From the NCBI GenBank assembly GCA_017479485.1, contig JAFVCC010000084.1, forward strand, positions 17,958 through 81,957: 64,000 nucleotides of DNA, in the 5' to 3' direction. The notes beneath the pieces were generated by a model. That model searched no databases. It was given only the letters and a program-made list of their open reading frames with translations, and had not been told where the DNA came from. Source of the DNA: Bacilli bacterium. GTDB lineage: Bacteria; Bacillota_I; Bacilli_A; RFN20; CAG-826. Positions 46,594-56,975 of this stretch are shown piece by piece (position 1 is the stretch's first letter; every line of letters starts with the position of its first letter). Made by a program: the position numbers and the translations under genes.

Positions 46594-48419
46594 TCTTTAT
46601 TTTGTTGAGCTTCAGCAAATTCGTCGATGAGAGGATAAAGTTTTAAATACGCGTCCTCGAAGGGGCCAACGTGGGCGCCGAGTTCCATAACTTTGTCGCC
46701 GCTTCCCGCATAGGAAGGCCAATTGGGAAGCGAGCCGCCGTTAGGATTGCCCGTTTTGACGAAGTTTGCCCAATAGGACATCATCGTCTTGCAAAGATCG
46801 TAGTCGGATTGGTGATAAGCGTAGCTGCGGCGCGCCTTTTCCACGTTGCCATAGCAATAGACCATCTCGCCGGCGTGGTAGGTGGAATGGTAGCCATTCT
46901 CTTTAGTGAACTGATAACGGTAGACGGGAATGCCACTAGCTAGAGCCATATTGCTCCAACTATGATGCGGATGGATGAACCAGTAGACCGAGATGATTTC
47001 ATTGAATGCAGAGAAAGCATCTTTTTCTATTTTTTCCTTGTAAATCTCCACTATTTTCTTGGCGATCTCTTCACCGAACACGTCTTCTAAGCGCGAGGCA
47101 ATGTTGCTTTTGTTCGTGGGCGAAAAGAGGTATTGGGGAACGACAAAGGCATCCGCTTCCATGACGTTATATCCATTAAGAAGCGCCTTCTCGTTGTTCT
47201 TCCCTTCCTGGTAAACCTGATACGGATGCTTGGGGAGCGCGTAGCCATCGATGGTCATCGAGCTATTGCTAAACTTGGTTTGGACCAGTTTGTCCGCGGG
47301 GATTTTTCGAAGTTCCTCGATCGATTTGCAACCGAACTCCGCCATAATGTCGGCACCGGTTTTCTTGGCTTTGTCTAAGCTGCGCCAGGTATGTGGGGTG
47401 TTGGGCACCACGAGGGAACTCGACTCACCGATCGCGTTTTTGAATAAGCCTGAAGCCAAAGGCGAAGTGCATAAGGCAGAAACGGATGAGCTGCCCGCGG
47501 ATTCGCCGGCGATGGTGACGTTATCTTTATCTCCGCCAAAGAAACCAATGTTATCGCGGACCCACTCGAGACCTTTGATTTGGTCGAGTAAGCCATAGTT
47601 GCCCGTCGTGTGGTTTGGGGACTCAGAAACTAGTTCTTCATGAGCGAAGTAACCGAATACACCAAGGCGGTACGCAACGTTGACGACGATGATGTTCTCA
47701 TGGGCCAAAGATTCGCCATTATAGTCTTCAAAGGCCGTGGAGCCAGAAGTCAAACTGCCGCCATGGATGAATACCAAAACCGGCAAATTTGTCTCTTCGC
47801 CAGCGGGTTTCCAGACGTTGAGATAAAGAGAGTCTTCGGACATATTTTGGTCCGGATACATGCGGTAATCCGGGTGCCATGCCTTCTCCGAGTACATATC
47901 GACGAGGCTATTCATCACCGCGTTGCTGCCAGGTTGCATCGATTTTGCGGCAAAGTAGGAGCAATCGCGCACCCCATCCCAGCTTTCGCAATCCTGAGGT
48001 TCTTTCCAGCGGTATTCGCCTACAGGCGGTTTTGCAAATGGAATTCCCGCGTAAACTTCGACTTTTTTATCCTCGGAATAGACGCCTTGCACTTTGCCTT
48101 TTTCGATTTGGAGAACCTGGGTCTTTTCAGGGTTCGCGTGGGTCACTGCGGGGCGAGCTTCCACGACAGGTTTGGCGGCAACGAGGAGAATCGCGCTGGT
48201 CACGACGATAGCCGCATAAGGAATTAACCTCCAGCGCATCTTCGCGCGGCGAAGCAAAATGCAAGCCACGGCAAACCCTGCCAAGGCGATCAGCTGCAAT
48301 ATGAACAAGACCAAGGGGCCATTTGCTAAATCATAATAGAGAACCAACAATGCCGTCGCGACGACAAACACGATGGGGAATGCGATCCAAAACGCGATGT
48401 TGCTCTTTTTCTTTTCCAT
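46590..48419 (-). CDS. carboxylesterase type B family protein with an N-terminal double-TM anchor (paralogue 1)
   Basis: Two N-terminal TM helices followed by a type-B esterase domain: 'EDSLYLNVW', 'IHGGS' and the nucleophile elbow 'GESAGSSS'. Confidence 0.88.
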   Translation of the reverse strand: MEKKKSNIAFWIAFPIVFVVATALLVLYYDLANGPLVLFILQLIALAGFAVACILLRRAKMRWRLIPYAAIVVTSAILLVAAKPVVEARPAVTHANPEKTQVLQIEKGKVQGVYSEDKKVEVYAGIPFAKPPVGEYRWKEPQDCESWDGVRDCSYFAAKSMQPGSNAVMNSLVDMYSEKAWHPDYRMYPDQNMSEDSLYLNVWKPAGEETNLPVLVFIHGGSLTSGSTAFEDYNGESLAHENIIVVNVAYRLGVFGYFAHEELVSESPNHTTGNYGLLDQIKGLEWVRDNIGFFGGDKDNVTIAGESAGSSSVSALCTSPLASGLFKNAIGESSSLVVPNTPHTWRSLDKAKKTGADIMAEFGCKSIEELRKIPADKLVQTKFSNSSMTIDGYALPKHPYQVYQEGKNNEKALLNGYNVMEADAFVVPQYLFSPTNKSNIASRLEDVFGEEIAKKIVEIYKEKIEKDAFSAFNEIISVYWFIHPHHSWSNMALASGIPVYRYQFTKENGYHSTYHAGEMVYCYGNVEKARRSYAYHQSDYDLCKTMMSYWANFVKTGNPNGGSLPNWPSYAGSGDKVMELGAHVGPFEDAYLKLYPLIDEFAEAQQNKD

Positions 48420-48516
48420 AAAAGAACTCCTGAATAAGCCTATGTTAGCAACCTAAGAAGTGTGTTTCCATCCTTGCGCGCCAATTCGCGCCTTTTACGC
48501 GAGAATTGTCTAACGA

Positions 48517-49233
48517 ATGGATTCCGTCTATTCCATTTCTCCGCTTCGTGCGCATAATTGGAGCAATATGAGAATCTTGAAAACCTTTTCTTTGGGCATC
48601 TTTGCGGGTGTCCTCATCGCGATCGGAGGCGCATCAAACCTCCAGTTAACCGCCATGGGTCAGCCCATTTGGGGTGGAGTGTTCTTCTCCTTCGGACTTA
48701 TGTGCGTCTGCATTTTGGGAGCGAATCTATTTACGGGTAAGGCCGGTTATCTACTCGAGAACGATGGCCATTATGCACTCGACGTCCTGATTATGGCCCT
48801 AGGCAACATTGTGGGCGCCTTGGCGGTAGGCTATACCTGCGGCGCTTTATTTGGTAACTGGACCGTTCCTACGGTGACCAAATTTCTCTATGGGGAAGGC
48901 TCAAGTTGGTATGGCTGCTTCCTCCGCGCTGTTGGGGCTGGCGTATTCGTTTACCTCGCGGTCGAGTGTTTCAAAAGACTACCGAGCTATCCGGCGAAAC
49001 TCGTGATGGTTTGCCTTTCCATTGCGACGATGGTGCTTTTAGGTTGCAACCATAGCGTCGCGAACGTCTTCTATTTTGCTTATGCGCAGGTTCGCGTCCC
49101 TGGTTTTGATGGCCTTAACGCCACGCTATCCGTGCTTGTGGCGATGATCGGAAACGTGGTGGGAAGCTTAATTATTTACTTGATGCAGTACGGGATTCGC
49201 ATCGCCATCAAGCGAAGCAACCCTACCGCCTAA
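48517..49233 (+). CDS. formate/nitrite transporter (FNT) family channel
   Basis: 6-TM FNT fold with 'GANLFTG' and 'NHSVANVFYF' motifs. The start may be the internal Met at 48568. Confidence 0.82.
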   Translation: MDSVYSISPLRAHNWSNMRILKTFSLGIFAGVLIAIGGASNLQLTAMGQPIWGGVFFSFGLMCVCILGANLFTGKAGYLLENDGHYALDVLIMALGNIVGALAVGYTCGALFGNWTVPTVTKFLYGEGSSWYGCFLRAVGAGVFVYLAVECFKRLPSYPAKLVMVCLSIATMVLLGCNHSVANVFYFAYAQVRVPGFDGLNATLSVLVAMIGNVVGSLIIYLMQYGIRIAIKRSNPTA

Positions 49234-50091
49234 TTATTCCTGCTTATCAAAATTCATCCGGAGCAGCGGTAAGAACGCACGGGCAACGCCCACGACGCCA
49301 AGCCGCTGTTTTTCTTTGTTGAGTTTCGCGATTTCCGCCATCTCTTCCGCGGTGAGGCTGAAGCCGAGAATGTCGAGATTCTGCTTGATGTGGTTCTCCG
49401 ATTTGGAACCCGGGATGATGATGTAACCGCGCTCCAGGTGCCAACGCAGAATAACCTGCTGTGGGGTCTTGTTATATTTTTTCGCAAGCTCTTGAAAGAT
49501 CGGCGCCTCAGCAATGGACGTATTGCCTTTGCCGCCAAGCGGATACCAGGATTCGAGGATGATGTTCTCTTTGGCGAGGAGTTCTCGCATATGGTCTTGG
49601 GCACAGGTGGGATTGCATTCGAGGGTATTCAAAACCGGCTTAATCTTCGCGTTGGCGAGAACTTTCTCAAAATGCTTTCCATAGAAATTGGAGAGGCCGA
49701 TCGAACGAATTTTGCCTTCTTCCACCGCTTCTTCCAAAGCGCGGTAAGCTTCTAGATATTTGCCCGCGGCCTGATGAAGGATCAGACAGTCCAAATAATC
49801 CACACCAAGGCGGCGTAAGGTGTCGTCGATGGCTTTCTTGGCCTTTGCGTAAGGGAATTGGCTCGGCCAGATCTTCGAGGTGAGGAAGATTTCTTCTCTG
49901 GGAACTCCCGATTTAGCAATTGCCCTTCCGACGGCCTTTTCGTTCATATATATGTTTGCCGTGTCGACGCTGCGATAGCCATTTTGAAGCGCGATGAATA
50001 CGGCGCGCTCCGCTTCTTCGGGCTTCAGCAAGAACGTGCCAATGCCGATTTTTGGCATCGGCTTGCCGTTATTCAAGATAATGGTGCTCAT
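49234..50091 (-). CDS. aldo/keto reductase (YtbE/YvgN-like)
   Basis: 286 aa from MSTIILNNG, with the AKR catalytic tetrad context ('DTANIY', 'LHQ') and 'IPGS' near the C-terminus. The track ORF has an implausible 87-codon N-terminal extension. Confidence 0.88.
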   Translation of the reverse strand: MSTIILNNGKPMPKIGIGTFLLKPEEAERAVFIALQNGYRSVDTANIYMNEKAVGRAIAKSGVPREEIFLTSKIWPSQFPYAKAKKAIDDTLRRLGVDYLDCLILHQAAGKYLEAYRALEEAVEEGKIRSIGLSNFYGKHFEKVLANAKIKPVLNTLECNPTCAQDHMRELLAKENIILESWYPLGGKGNTSIAEAPIFQELAKKYNKTPQQVILRWHLERGYIIIPGSKSENHIKQNLDILGFSLTAEEMAEIAKLNKEKQRLGVVGVARAFLPLLRMNFDKQE

Positions 50092-50306
50092 GCGGAGATG
50101 ATAGCAACACGAGAATTGTTTGCAACGAATACGCCCCAAAATGAGATTTTTACCGCACAGAACGTTTCCAAAAATCGCGAAATATCCTCGCAAAAAGCCC
50201 ATGGATTGAATTTTTGCCATTTGTTCCAAGCAAGAATCTCGAAGAAAAAAACCGCATTCTATGCATGAGAAGAGACAAAACCGATTCCTTTGGTAGAATA
50301 AGGGAC

Positions 50307-52109
50307 ATGGCAAAACGGAAGCGCGAGAAAGCCTCACAACCAAAGGGCCCATTGCTGCCCCGTTTTATTGCGTATTACAAACCGCATCGGAAACTCTTCA
50401 TTTTGGATATGCTGGCGAGCTTCGGCATTGCCGCGATCGCCCTGGTTTATCCCATTCTTTCCCGTTTCGTCATTCGCGATTACATCCCCAATCAAGACTA
50501 TGTTGCGATTGTCGCGGTGGCGGTCATCATGCTGGTGCTTTATGTCGCGCGCATGTTACTTCGCTACTTCGTCCAATATAAAGGACACGTCATGGGCACG
50601 CGGATGCAGGCGAAGATGCGTTCGGACATGTTCGCCCATTTGGAGAAGCTCCCCTATTCCTACTATGACGAGAATGAGACCGGCCGCATCATGTCACGCA
50701 TGACCAGCGACCTGCAAGATGTCTCGGAACTCGCCCACCATGGGCCTGAGAACTTCTTTATTTCCGGCTTCATGCTTATCGCGACCTTCATCTATTTGAT
50801 GACACTGAATTGGATCATGACCCTCATCATTTTCTCCATCGTTCCGGTCGTCATCTTCATCACCGCGAGGTTAAAGAAACGGATGTCGGAAGCCTTTACC
50901 GCATCGCGTAAATCCATCGCTTCCATCAACGCCTCGCTCGAAAACTCCATCACGGGTATTCGCACGACCAAAGCCTTCGATAACGCGGAAGAGGAAGCCA
51001 AGAAATTTGAAAAGAGCAACCGTTCCTTCATCTTGAATAAGTCCCGCGCCTATAAAGCCATGGGCCAATTCCAATCCCAGACCGCCTTCGTTACGGATTT
51101 GTTCAATGTCATCGTGTTGATTTCTGGTGCCTTATTTATGGCGGGAGGCGTCTTCACTTTCGACGTGCTCGTCGCCTTTATCATCTCCATCAATATGTTT
51201 ATCAGCCCTTTGACGACCCTCATCAATTTCACCGAGCAATTTGAGGACGGCGTCACTGGATTCCGTCGTTTCATTGAAATCATCGACACCGAACCGGAAA
51301 AAGATGATCCAAGCGCGATCGCGCTAAGCCAAGTCAAAGGGGCGATCGAATTTCAGAACGTTCACTTTCATTATGGAGAGAATGCCGACGTCATCCATGG
51401 CATTAATCTCAGAATCGAGCCCGGCGAGAAACTCGCCTTAGTCGGTCCTTCTGGCGGAGGCAAGACCACCTTATGCCACCTCATCCCGCGTTTCTATAAA
51501 GTGGAACAAGGGGCAATTACCCTCGACGGTACGAACATCAACCTCATTCGCATGGATTCATTACGCAGCGCGATTGGCATCGTTCAGCAAGATGTCTTCC
51601 TCTTCGACGGCACGATTGAAGAAAACATCCGTTATGGCAAGCTCGATGCCACGATGGACGAAGTCATCGAGGCCGCGAAAAAGGCACGCCTATATGATTA
51701 CATCATGGGCATGCCCGAAGGATTCCAAACTCAGGTTGGCGAGCGCGGCGTGAAGCTTTCGGGCGGTCAAAAGCAACGCATCTCCATTGCCCGCGTCTTC
51801 TTAAAGAACCCCGCCATCCTCATTCTCGATGAGGCAACTTCCGCCCTAGATAACGTCACGGAGTTACTGATTCAAGAAGCCTTAGATGAGCTGTGCAAAG
51901 GACGCACTTCCATCGTTGTGGCCCACCGCCTCTCCACGATTAAGACCGCTTCCCGCATCGCCGTCATCGCCGGCGGCGTCGTCAAGGAACTCGGCAGCCA
52001 TGAGGAACTCATGCAAAAAGAAAACGGCATCTACTCGAGCCTCTATAAATTGCAGTTCCGCGCCGATGAAACCGGCGGTACCCTGCCCGACGATTATCTT
52101 TTTGAATAA
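50307..52109 (+). CDS. ABC exporter, fused permease/ATP-binding protein (MsbA-like)
   Basis: 6 N-terminal TM helices, then Walker A 'GPSGGGKTT', signature 'LSGGQKQR' and Walker B 'ILILDEATSALD'. Start at MAKRKREKA (ATG 50307), with a TAGAAT -10 only 6 nt upstream. Confidence 0.88.
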   Translation: MAKRKREKASQPKGPLLPRFIAYYKPHRKLFILDMLASFGIAAIALVYPILSRFVIRDYIPNQDYVAIVAVAVIMLVLYVARMLLRYFVQYKGHVMGTRMQAKMRSDMFAHLEKLPYSYYDENETGRIMSRMTSDLQDVSELAHHGPENFFISGFMLIATFIYLMTLNWIMTLIIFSIVPVVIFITARLKKRMSEAFTASRKSIASINASLENSITGIRTTKAFDNAEEEAKKFEKSNRSFILNKSRAYKAMGQFQSQTAFVTDLFNVIVLISGALFMAGGVFTFDVLVAFIISINMFISPLTTLINFTEQFEDGVTGFRRFIEIIDTEPEKDDPSAIALSQVKGAIEFQNVHFHYGENADVIHGINLRIEPGEKLALVGPSGGGKTTLCHLIPRFYKVEQGAITLDGTNINLIRMDSLRSAIGIVQQDVFLFDGTIEENIRYGKLDATMDEVIEAAKKARLYDYIMGMPEGFQTQVGERGVKLSGGQKQRISIARVFLKNPAILILDEATSALDNVTELLIQEALDELCKGRTSIVVAHRLSTIKTASRIAVIAGGVVKELGSHEELMQKENGIYSSLYKLQFRADETGGTLPDDYLFE

Positions 52110-52111
52110 AG

Positions 52112-52699
52112 CTACTTCGCTTCGCCATGAATCTCGAGGCCGGGACAGGTCTCGATTTTCTTGCACCACTCCTCAACCTGGCTTTCCGAAAGCGTTTCAA
52201 TCTGTTTGGAACGCTTGAGCAACATGTGACGGAATTGGTTGGTGGAAAGGACATTAGGACAATCCATTTGCAGGATCTCCGCATTCACAAAAAGTACAAA
52301 ATTCTCTGCAGGAGCCGCTCCAATTACGGAACAAAGCGCTTCGATGTGCCCTTCGTTCTGCCGGTATGGGCTATAGAAATAATATTGGCCGGTAGAGAGA
52401 ACCTGAACCCACTGCGCATACTTAAGGCCACCGGCGACAGCACCAGAGTAATTCTTTGTTTCGATGACGAAAAACCCGTATTTGCAAATATAGATATGAT
52501 CGATTTGGGCGACTTGTTTTTCGCCGAGCTTCACAATGACGTCGTTGTAATAATGCCCGCCATAAAGATTTTGCATGCAAGCCAAAGCGCGGGAGACTTT
52601 GACCTCACCGCGACGACCTTGCTCTTCCGCCGCCTTCTCGCCAGGCTTATCGTCGAGTTCGCGGGACAAATAATAAAGCGCGAGAGCAGGATTGATCAT
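52112..52699 (-). CDS. NERD (nuclease-related domain) protein
   Basis: 195 aa with a NERD-like core 'QIDHIYICKYGFFVIETKNYSG'. Confidence 0.65.
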   Translation of the reverse strand: MINPALALYYLSRELDDKPGEKAAEEQGRRGEVKVSRALACMQNLYGGHYYNDVIVKLGEKQVAQIDHIYICKYGFFVIETKNYSGAVAGGLKYAQWVQVLSTGQYYFYSPYRQNEGHIEALCSVIGAAPAENFVLFVNAEILQMDCPNVLSTNQFRHMLLKRSKQIETLSESQVEEWCKKIETCPGLEIHGEAK

Positions 52700-52736
52700 C
52701 GTTTCGCCTCGCGCGTCATGAGTAATTTAGCCGTCC

Positions 52737-53141
52737 TTAAAGAACGTTTTTCTGGATGGTCAAAATATTCTTGCCATCTTTACGCTCATAGGACATGCCA
52801 TCCATCGTCTTCTTTACCATAAAGATGCCGAGCCCGCCGATCTGTCGGTCCGCCAAAGGAACCGTGATGTCGGGGTCTTCGCGCTCTAATGGGTTATAGG
52901 GAATGCCTTCGTCGATGAAAATAATCTCCACGGTAGAAGGAGGAATGATATTCACTTTAACCGTCGCCATGCCCACTTCTTTATAGGCATAATGGGCAAT
53001 GTTGCCGAAAAGCTCATCGATGGCGATATCGAGTTGCATCACCGTTTTCATCGAGCACGGCAAAGCGTCGAGGCTGTTGTGGACAAAGTCCTCTACAACC
53101 GGGATATTCTCGATCGTTGCTTCTAAGGTAAGTTCTTCCAT
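52737..53141 (-). CDS. anti-sigma-factor-type serine kinase (GHKL/HATPase_c, RsbW/SpoIIAB-like), orphan
   Basis: 134 aa with 'ELFGNIAHYAY' (N box) and 'DEGIPYNP...IGGLGIFMVKKTMD' (G boxes). Typical size for RsbW-like proteins. Confidence 0.75.
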   Translation of the reverse strand: MEELTLEATIENIPVVEDFVHNSLDALPCSMKTVMQLDIAIDELFGNIAHYAYKEVGMATVKVNIIPPSTVEIIFIDEGIPYNPLEREDPDITVPLADRQIGGLGIFMVKKTMDGMSYERKDGKNILTIQKNVL

Positions 53142-53290
53142 TGCCTTTTCCTTACAATATCATACCAAGACTTGCGTAACGCAGTTAGGGGTTTCTTTCG
53201 TTGTCGATAAGGCCTCTTTTTCTCTATCAGCCTGCATGGAGTTTGCTATCATATTCCCAAGCATTTGTCAGACGAATAGGAGAATGTGTC

Positions 53291-54622
53291 ATGGAACACT
53301 GCACGTGGAAAACATCCATAGGTACTTTTATTGGGAATGAGAGGGAAGGTTGCTATGAATTCCGTGGCATCCCCTATGCCCACGCTAAGCGCTTCGAATA
53401 TGCGGAGAACGTCCATTCTTATGGCGATTCTTTCGACGCGACGAGCAACGGTCCCGCGACCATGCAGAAGCGCGCCTGGAGCGAATTCGAGCATCTCGAG
53501 ATTCCAGAGCGTGCCTTCTATCATAGAGAATTCCGCGAGGGCATCGCTTTTACCTACGATGAAGACGCGCTTTTGATGAATATCTTCGTCCCAAAAGACA
53601 AAGGTCCTCACCCCGTCATCGTCTATTTCCATGGCGGTGGCTTTGATTCGGGCTCCATCAGCGAATCTCCTTTCGATGGCGAAGCGCTCGCCTCGAGGGG
53701 AAACGTCGTCGTGTTCGTCCAATACCGCGTCGCGATTTTTGGTTATTTTACCCACGCCGAAATTGAAAAACGTAACGGCCACGACGGTAACTTTGGTCTT
53801 GACGACATGGTCCAATCGTTGAAATGGGTTCAAGACCATATCGCAGAATTTAAAGGCGACAAGGATAACGTCACATTGATGGGGCAATCCGCGGGAGCCA
53901 TGTCCATCCAATACCTCTTGTGCAGCCCAAAGGCCACTGGCCTTTTCCATAAAGCCGTCATGATGTCTGGGGCGGGGTTATTCCCGAGCTTCTCCTTGCC
54001 GTTGTCTCCAGAGCAAACGCGCATTTATTGGAGCGAGGTCATGGATATCGCCGGAGCCAAAACATTTGAAGAATTCCAATCTATGGACGTGCGCAAAGTC
54101 ATGGAAGCCGTGGAAACTCAAAAGTCCCGTCGCAAGGACAATACCCGTAATACTATGCCAGTCGTCGACCATTACTATTTGATCGACGAAGTGAAGAAAA
54201 TCATCAAGTCCCCGCACGAGATGCCGCTGATCATCGGGGTCACGAATAACGACATGTTCACCGCCATCATCGCCCATATCGCGAAGAAGTACGCCAAGAA
54301 ACACGGTGCCTATCTTTATTATTTCGATGTCGATGCGAAAGGTGATGAAAACCAAGCGTTCCATTCCAGCGACCTGCGTTACATGTTCGGCACCCTGAAG
54401 TCCTCCTGGAGGCCCTATGATGAAACGGACCAAAAGATATCCGAGTCCATGATGGATTATCTCTCTGCCTTCGCTTCTACCGGCGACCCGAACCATGAAG
54501 GCGCGCCGCGCTGGGACAAGTTCCAGGGCAAAGCACTTCACATCGCCCCTTCTTCCATCGGCATGGGGCGAATGGGAAACTGGAAGCTACTCAAAAACAC
54601 CCTGAAAGGAGACCCGAAATGA
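53291..54622 (+). CDS. carboxylesterase type B family protein, soluble (paralogue 2)
   Basis: 'HGGGF', nucleophile elbow 'GQSAGAMS' and a 'YRVAIFGYF' block. AGGAGAA SD upstream. Start at MEHCTWKTS. Confidence 0.88.
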   Translation: MEHCTWKTSIGTFIGNEREGCYEFRGIPYAHAKRFEYAENVHSYGDSFDATSNGPATMQKRAWSEFEHLEIPERAFYHREFREGIAFTYDEDALLMNIFVPKDKGPHPVIVYFHGGGFDSGSISESPFDGEALASRGNVVVFVQYRVAIFGYFTHAEIEKRNGHDGNFGLDDMVQSLKWVQDHIAEFKGDKDNVTLMGQSAGAMSIQYLLCSPKATGLFHKAVMMSGAGLFPSFSLPLSPEQTRIYWSEVMDIAGAKTFEEFQSMDVRKVMEAVETQKSRRKDNTRNTMPVVDHYYLIDEVKKIIKSPHEMPLIIGVTNNDMFTAIIAHIAKKYAKKHGAYLYYFDVDAKGDENQAFHSSDLRYMFGTLKSSWRPYDETDQKISESMMDYLSAFASTGDPNHEGAPRWDKFQGKALHIAPSSIGMGRMGNWKLLKNTLKGDPK

Positions 54623-56808
54623 AGTGGGATCATCGCTTTGAACTCATCGAGTCAGGTGAGAGCTACCGCATCTATCACAGCGAGGATAACATTGCCCGCT
54701 TCGACTTCTTTGAGCACGTGCTTCGCGTGGCTATATATAAGGAAGGGGAACGCCTCTTCCCCACCTACTCCATTTGCCCGGGGGAATCTCTTTTGCCGCG
54801 CCATGGCAGAGACCGCCTATCCACCGAGGGATTGAAGGGAGTTCCGCAGGGAAAAGAGCTCTGTATCGATAACGTAAATATCGAAATATCGCCGCAAAAC
54901 CTTCGCCTTTTTTGTCGTATCGGGGATTCGATCTTGTTTTGCGACCGCGAAGGGCTCGCCTACAATTTCGATGGCGAATTAGGGCAAGGTAGCTACCACT
55001 ACCTCTCCCGCGAAAAAGGCGAGCGCATCTTTGGTCTCGGCGATAAAACCGGCAACATCAACAAAGCAGGAAGGCACTTTAAAATGGAGACCTTCGACAC
55101 GATGGGCTTCGATGCGAATTCCTCCGATCCGCTTTATAAGCAGGTCCCGTTCTATATCTGCCAGAACTCTGTCGGGGCTTATGGCATCTTCTATGACACC
55201 TACTCCAATGGGGAGCTCGATTTCGGCGCAGAGCATAACAACTACTATTCGCCTTATAAAGTCGCTCATTTTGAGGAACGTCCCCTCGTTTACTATGTCA
55301 TCTTCGGAACGGCATCTGAGATTCTCCAACGTTTTTCATTCCTCCTTGGTAAAGCCGCCTTACCCCCGCGCTGGACGTTCCGCTACTGCGGCTCAACGAT
55401 GGCTTATACCGACGCCCCAGATGCAGAGAAGCAATTAAGAAACTTTGCTTCGTTGCTACAGAAATATGACCTAGACTGCGGTGGCTTCTACCTTTCTAGC
55501 GGCTACACACAAATCGGGGATCGACGTTATGTCTTCCATTGGAATAAAGACAAGATCCCCGACCCCAAAAAGCTCGCGGAGGATTTTAAGAAACAAGGAA
55601 TCCATTTCTTGCCCAACGTTAAACCAGCCTTTCTTACCGACCATCCGCTTTATGCTTCCATCGCGTCGAAAGGGTGGTTCCTCCATTATCCTGATGGCAC
55701 CCCCGCCACCTTCCCTTTCTGGGGTGGACAGGCATCCTATTTGGATTTCACTAGCGACGAGGCGTTCGATTTCTGGACGGCCTGCGTAAAAGAGAATTTG
55801 GTCGATCTCGGCTACGATTCCATTTGGAATGACAATAACGAATACGACATCCACGACGAGGACATCCTCGCTAACGGCTGGGGGACGCCCATCAAAGCCA
55901 AGCGGATTCGACCGCTCTTCCCCTTCTTGATGACGATGGCTTCCCGTGCGGCGGTTTCTTCCTCCGAACGCGTCATGTGCGTTTCCCGCAGCGGCATCGC
56001 CGGACACGAGCGCCTCGCCCAAACCTGGACTGGCGATAACAAAACCTCCTTTGAGGATTTCCGTGGCAACCACAAAATGGCCATGACCATGGCGCTTTCG
56101 GGCTACCGTTTCTTTGGGCAGGATATCGGCGGGTTCGCCGGACCGCGTCCTGAGAAAGAGCTCTTCCTCCGCTGGATCCAATATGGCATCTTCACCCCGC
56201 GCTTCACCCTTCATTCGTGGAATGACGATGGCTCTTCGACCATGCCTTGGCTTTACGAAGACCTCATGGACGAAGTCAAAGCGCTTTTTGCGCTCCGCAA
56301 ATCATTGGTCCCCTACATCTATAGCGAGGCCAACCGCGCGGTCGAGGAATACCTCCCGCTGATTCGGCCCGTCTTCTTAGAGGACGAAAGCTATGACATC
56401 GAAAGCGACTGCTTCTTCCTTGGAGATTCCATCCTCGCCTGTCCCGTTTTCGACCCAGGCATAGCCAAGAAACGCATCGTCTTGCCTTCAGGAAATGGCT
56501 GGTACCTTGGCGACGAATATTGTCGAGGCGAAAAAGACATCGATACGCCGTTACATGGATTGCCCCCATATTTCGTCAAAGAGGGATCCGTTATCCCCAT
56601 GGATGAACAAGGACAAACCGTCTTCCACATCTATGCGAAAAAAGACGGGGCGTGGGACTACCGTTTCTACGATGACGAATCAATAAATAACGCCTCGCGG
56701 CTCATCCGCGTGGAATGTCTCGATCAGGTTATCGTGGTACATGGCGTGCAGCACGATAAGCATATCCGCGTTCATGACGTGATGCATCGGATGATTCGCC
56801 AAAAATAA
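54619..56808 (+). CDS. glycoside hydrolase family 31 (alpha-glucosidase/alpha-xylosidase-like)
   Basis: 729 aa with the GH31 catalytic region 'WNDNNEY' (nucleophile Asp) and 'WTGDN'. Start overlaps the upstream stop (ATGA). Confidence 0.88.
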   Translation: MKWDHRFELIESGESYRIYHSEDNIARFDFFEHVLRVAIYKEGERLFPTYSICPGESLLPRHGRDRLSTEGLKGVPQGKELCIDNVNIEISPQNLRLFCRIGDSILFCDREGLAYNFDGELGQGSYHYLSREKGERIFGLGDKTGNINKAGRHFKMETFDTMGFDANSSDPLYKQVPFYICQNSVGAYGIFYDTYSNGELDFGAEHNNYYSPYKVAHFEERPLVYYVIFGTASEILQRFSFLLGKAALPPRWTFRYCGSTMAYTDAPDAEKQLRNFASLLQKYDLDCGGFYLSSGYTQIGDRRYVFHWNKDKIPDPKKLAEDFKKQGIHFLPNVKPAFLTDHPLYASIASKGWFLHYPDGTPATFPFWGGQASYLDFTSDEAFDFWTACVKENLVDLGYDSIWNDNNEYDIHDEDILANGWGTPIKAKRIRPLFPFLMTMASRAAVSSSERVMCVSRSGIAGHERLAQTWTGDNKTSFEDFRGNHKMAMTMALSGYRFFGQDIGGFAGPRPEKELFLRWIQYGIFTPRFTLHSWNDDGSSTMPWLYEDLMDEVKALFALRKSLVPYIYSEANRAVEEYLPLIRPVFLEDESYDIESDCFFLGDSILACPVFDPGIAKKRIVLPSGNGWYLGDEYCRGEKDIDTPLHGLPPYFVKEGSVIPMDEQGQTVFHIYAKKDGAWDYRFYDDESINNASRLIRVECLDQVIVVHGVQHDKHIRVHDVMHRMIRQK

Positions 56809-56975
56809 CAATCTTGCCAAAGTCGAAAAAACCATCAAATTTTTATCCTTTTCGCCCAAAATCGATAAGGTATTCGCCCTTGTTTTTGTTTTGCCTTGTT
56901 TCGAGGCGCGAAATTTGAAACAATACGTTGAAATTTTAATGCGCCACAAGCAATGCTTGTTGGACGGGAGAAAAG

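Noticed and set aside
56809-56975. Hairpin GGCGCG...30 nt...GCGCC and a GAAATTT direct repeat upstream of the NRPS gene, as a possible riboswitch or leader.
   Set aside because: The stem is short with a large loop. There are no conserved riboswitch blocks. It may be a regulator site but the evidence is too weak to call.
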